Source of the DNA: a virus
Length of the DNA: 64,000 nt
Direction: 5' to 3' (one strand)
IMG/VR virus record: IMGVR_UViG_3300037246_001176
Coordinates: 1-64,000 of that record
Below are positions 60,855-64,000 of the stretch, in pieces. Below the pieces are notes generated by a model. It saw only the letters and a program-made list of their open reading frames with translations. It did not search any database and was not told where the DNA came from. The first letter of the stretch is position 1, and each line of letters opens with the position of its first letter. The position numbers and the translations under genes are program-made.

Positions 60855-61693
60855 GGTCGTCCTCCGTTCGGCATCTGGTTCCATTTCTGCCCATCAAGGC
60901 GGCGGCCAGCGGCTTTCTTGCCGACGCGCCCCATCAGGTTTCTATCGGGCCACCAGTGTAATTTCTGTGGTAAGGGATACCTGGCGTCAGCGGGTATATG
61001 TGCCCACGCTCCCCACTGCTTAAAAAACCGTGCAATCCCGTGCTTGCCCGCCCAGTCCCTCGCGTTTCTGAACCAGTCGGGATGTGCTGGTCTCGCACCT
61101 GGCCCGCTCTCACCGCCAAAAATCAAAAGGTCGATGAACTCCCATCCTGTCCAATCCACGGGGCCGAGAGCGGGTTCATAAGAAACGAACTTCACGGCGG
61201 CGGGGGTAGCCTCAAAATCCCGGCGGCACGCATCGGCTGCGGCCTGGTTCTCAACGGAGACGCCGAGCCAGATGTGCCGAAACGAACGCAAGCTCAGGCT
61301 TGTCTTTTCCTGAAACCACACTACAAATTGCAGCATCCTTTCGAGCCTCTTCGTGAGGATCGGAAACGTGTGCCATTCAGCTGCTATGATCGTGGCGAAA
61401 ATCTCACCTATAACTCCAAAAGACACATCCTCGTGAAATAGGTCACCCATGTATTGCGCGCCAATGACAGCAGGCTTCTTTCGCCTCAATGGTTCGTGCA
61501 GCCTCAACTCAACCAATACTGGCGCATCACCAGCGTAGGCCGCCCTCACCGTGGGGCAAAAGACAATATTGTAAGACATCCGGTTGGCCATGCGCAGATG
61601 CCAACAGTGCTTGCATCCCTCCGAGACCTTACTACATCGCATGGCTATTGGATTCCAGGTGAAGTCAAGATATTCTATGCTCGTTCGGTTCAC
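60851..61693 (-). CDS. DUF5131 (Gp37/Gp68) protein
   Basis: TWNP...CSKVSEGCKHC, MGDLFH, SYEPALG, GGESG, FFKQWG. Confidence 0.93.
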   Translation of the reverse strand: MNRTSIEYLDFTWNPIAMRCSKVSEGCKHCWHLRMANRMSYNIVFCPTVRAAYAGDAPVLVELRLHEPLRRKKPAVIGAQYMGDLFHEDVSFGVIGEIFATIIAAEWHTFPILTKRLERMLQFVVWFQEKTSLSLRSFRHIWLGVSVENQAAADACRRDFEATPAAVKFVSYEPALGPVDWTGWEFIDLLIFGGESGPGARPAHPDWFRNARDWAGKHGIARFFKQWGAWAHIPADARYPLPQKLHWWPDRNLMGRVGKKAAGRRLDGQKWNQMPNGGRP

Positions 61694-62146
61694 ATCTCAC
61701 CGCCTTTCCATCGTTCCTCAGCATCCGACTCCAGCTCCGCCAGTTTCAGCCACTGCTTTTTGGTCGTTGCATGCCGCCGTTGAGTTGCAATAGCTTATCA
61801 ATAACCCATCCTAGCGCATCATGCAATCTGAGTATTTCATCTCCAGAAAAACAAGTGCGTAGCGTTGGCGTCACGATTTCAACGACAGAACCATCAAGCA
61901 GTAGCGTGAAAGACGGTCGCTTAACTTTCCAATCAGTCATCTGCACTTTCCATTTTCACCAGCCTTTTCAATTCAATCACAAGACCGCCGTGCATTTGGC
62001 TTTGCCGCCACGTAAACACCCACTCACCACCACCAGGCACATCCTCAGATCGCTTGACAGACTCTATGAGAATATCTTGAATCTCTGACTCTGCAAGACG
62101 GTATATCGTTTCCGTAACCGAACTGTGCTTCATCACGATTTCCATT

Positions 62147-63157
62147 CTAGTCCTCCCAAACCCTGCTTGCGCCGCACTTCTCTTCAGCGTCCGATTCCAG
62201 CTCCGCCAGCTTCAGGTACGGCATATCGAAATGAAGCGCCCATGTGTGCCGCCCCGCCTCGCCCCTCTGCTTCAGCATCCGCATCACAAATAATCGTTCG
62301 GTGATCGGGAACTGCGTGCCGCGAATCTCCACGAACTCGTCGTATTTGGCGAGCGCAGAATCATCCTTCGTCTGCCAGGGCCTCCACAGCGCCAGCACCA
62401 GGTCCGCGACCTGCTCCACGCTGGAGGCCCACAGGTTGTCGCGGAGTTCTGGTATCTTCTCCCTACGCCCGTCTACGTCTCTGTTCGCCTGCGACGCCGC
62501 CACGGCGGGAACGCCGATGCGCAGGGCCAGCTCCTTCAGGCGGAAAGGGACTTCCGTGACCTGCTGCACGCGGTCGCGGAAGCCTTGGACGGGCACAATC
62601 TGGATGTAATCGAACAGGATCAACGTGGGCTTGCGGCCATAGTCCTCGTGCATCGTCTCTATGGCCTGGTAGACGACCTCGGGCGTCATCCGAGGAACTC
62701 GCTTCCCGGCCCGCCCGATGCCGTGACCGATGACCCAAATCGGGGAGGTGACGCGCCGCATCGCATGATAGCTCAATGTGTTGAGATCGACCTTGCCCCA
62801 TGCAATGTCGGAGATGCTAAGACCCTCGCAGGTGAGGAACATAGCGGCCAGGGCCTCGGCAGAGGTTTCCCAAGTGACAAAAACCACGCACTCGCTCTCC
62901 TCCATACCCCGCGCCGTGATGCTGGCAGCTTCCCGTTTCGCCATGACCGCCAGCAAGCTGGACTTGCCGTGCCCTGGCCTGGCGCAGACTACGGCAAATG
63001 TGCCAGGACGCAACGGGATGATCTTCCTGTCCACGGACGGAACGCCAAACTTTATACCAGGCTCGGCCTGCACCTTTTCGGCCCACTGTATCAGGCTAGT
63101 GGCGAGGTCGTCTGGCTTGTGGATCAGGGCACGAAAGTCGCCGTCGCTCCGTTTCAT
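62147..63157 (-). CDS. DnaB-like replicative helicase
   Basis: ARPGHGKS Walker A, FDYIQ Walker B, SQANR, SVEQVAD. Confidence 0.92.
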   Translation of the reverse strand: MKRSDGDFRALIHKPDDLATSLIQWAEKVQAEPGIKFGVPSVDRKIIPLRPGTFAVVCARPGHGKSSLLAVMAKREAASITARGMEESECVVFVTWETSAEALAAMFLTCEGLSISDIAWGKVDLNTLSYHAMRRVTSPIWVIGHGIGRAGKRVPRMTPEVVYQAIETMHEDYGRKPTLILFDYIQIVPVQGFRDRVQQVTEVPFRLKELALRIGVPAVAASQANRDVDGRREKIPELRDNLWASSVEQVADLVLALWRPWQTKDDSALAKYDEFVEIRGTQFPITERLFVMRMLKQRGEAGRHTWALHFDMPYLKLAELESDAEEKCGASRVWED

Positions 63158-63447
63158 CCAGCCGCCGCCGTCGCACTGTGGCCGCCCAGGGCCAGGTACA
63201 GGGCCTCCAGGCGGTCGTGCTCCATAATGCAGCCATCAAGTTGTTGCTTGGCGGCCTTGCGGCAAGCAACATGAAAGGGGTCGGTCAGCCTCGCCGCACG
63301 GTCTGCCCGCGCCTGTTCCGTCTCAACCATGCTCTTGGCGAGAGAAGTCATCGCCAGGCCAAGGCCGACGACGCACTTTTCGCAGTATTCAGGTTGGCCG
63401 AAGCCGTTGTCCAACGAAGTCAGTCCGCCGGTGCAGTTGTCACACAT
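63154..63447 (-). CDS. Hypothetical protein
   Basis: Coupled to the helicase; downstream of a promoter. Confidence 0.6.
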   Translation of the reverse strand: MCDNCTGGLTSLDNGFGQPEYCEKCVVGLGLAMTSLAKSMVETEQARADRAARLTDPFHVACRKAAKQQLDGCIMEHDRLEALYLALGGHSATAAAG

Positions 63448-63487
63448 TCTGTCTGTCCTTTCTGTTCTCCTGTTTGCTGTCTGTTAT

Positions 63488-63516
63488 ATTATAGCATGTT
63501 ACTTCTGTTTTGTCAA
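63488..63516 (-). promoter_or_regulatory. Sigma70-type promoter of the replication operon
   Basis: TTGACA-17 bp-TATAAT with extended -10 TG. Confidence 0.8.
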
Positions 63517-63707
63517 GTCTGTGTCGGCAGCTTGTAGACGCGTCTATCCTCAAATTCCTGCCTCTTGCCCACATTCCAAGATTCAATCGGGCGAAGAAAT
63601 CCCACCACTCTTGACCACACCTGGCAGGGGATCCTCACGACGGGCTCGCCGCGCGCCTCTGCCTCCGCCTCAGCTCCGCCGGTCGCTGCTGCATCTTTGT
63701 CACTCAT
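63513..63707 (-). CDS. Stand-alone NrdD C-terminal glycyl-radical-like domain
   Basis: CQVWSRVVGFLRPIESWNVGKRQEFEDR. Confidence 0.85.
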   Translation of the reverse strand: MSDKDAAATGGAEAEAEARGEPVVRIPCQVWSRVVGFLRPIESWNVGKRQEFEDRRVYKLPTQT

Positions 63708-63987
63708 CTTCCCTCCATTCAAGCGCATCGCATCCAAATCTCAACTCGCTGGTAATCTCCATCGGCGTCAACGACTCCTCGCCAAGCCCATGATGCGCCC
63801 TGTCAGGCATCGCGAACGACGGATCTCTCCATTGGCTGACGGAATAGAGCGGCGTACCGTCGCAATCCCGCCTGTGAGCCACTACCCACACGCGGGCGTG
63901 TATCTTCCAGCAAGCGCCTCCCCCGAACCACTCGTCCCATTTCACTTCCACCAGCGTGCCGATCGGGATGTCGTGCCGCTTCTCCAA
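63700..63987 (-). CDS. Hypothetical protein (start may lie outside the window)
   Basis: HDIPIGTLVEV...HRRDCDGTPLY. Confidence 0.6.
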   Translation of the reverse strand: MEKRHDIPIGTLVEVKWDEWFGGGACWKIHARVWVVAHRRDCDGTPLYSVSQWRDPSFAMPDRAHHGLGEESLTPMEITSELRFGCDALEWREDE

Positions 63988-64000
63988 ATTTTCTTCTTTG

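Larger units (their letters stand above)
1..64000 (-). mobile_element. Tailed phage or prophage genome segment (siphovirus-like)
   Basis: Co-oriented terminase, portal, protease, capsid, neck, tail and tape-measure genes plus helicase and primase; many ATGA/GTGA stop-start overlaps; no host housekeeping genes. Confidence 0.97.

Overview
The window is a 64-kb piece of a tailed dsDNA phage or prophage (siphovirus-like, HK97-type head), with almost all genes on the - strand. Reading right to left it contains: replication and DNA-modification genes (DnaB-like helicase, primase, DUF5131, PAPS-reductase-like, SNF2-methyltransferase fusion, RuvC-like) mixed with many small ORFs; ParB-like, terminase, portal, head morphogenesis, protease and capsid genes; an insert of about 19 kb between the capsid and the head-tail genes; and neck, tail, tape-measure, distal-tail and collagen-like fibre genes. 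The insert encodes what looks like a glycan synthesis and decoration pathway: about 7 glycosyltransferase-like proteins (three of them GT-D paralogues) plus one degenerate paralogue, 2 sulfotransferases, a sugar aminotransferase, an ACP, an adenylation enzyme, a ketoreductase, acyltransferases and methyltransferases. It ends at a TPR-glycosyltransferase translationally coupled to a Thr-rich (Gly-Pro-Thr)n collagen-like protein. This is the best candidate for a new system: a phage-encoded virion glycan coat resembling spore-exosporium or flagellin glycosylation. Other notable features are an antisense small-RNA unit built from 5-nt periodic repeats, duplicated tail chaperone genes that seem to replace the usual frameshift, a signal peptide plus YLPLI motif on the distal tail protein, and direct repeats flanking single accessory genes. 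No integrase, lysis genes, tRNA, CRISPR array or reverse transcriptase were seen. All family assignments come from motif recognition by eye, not from database searches.
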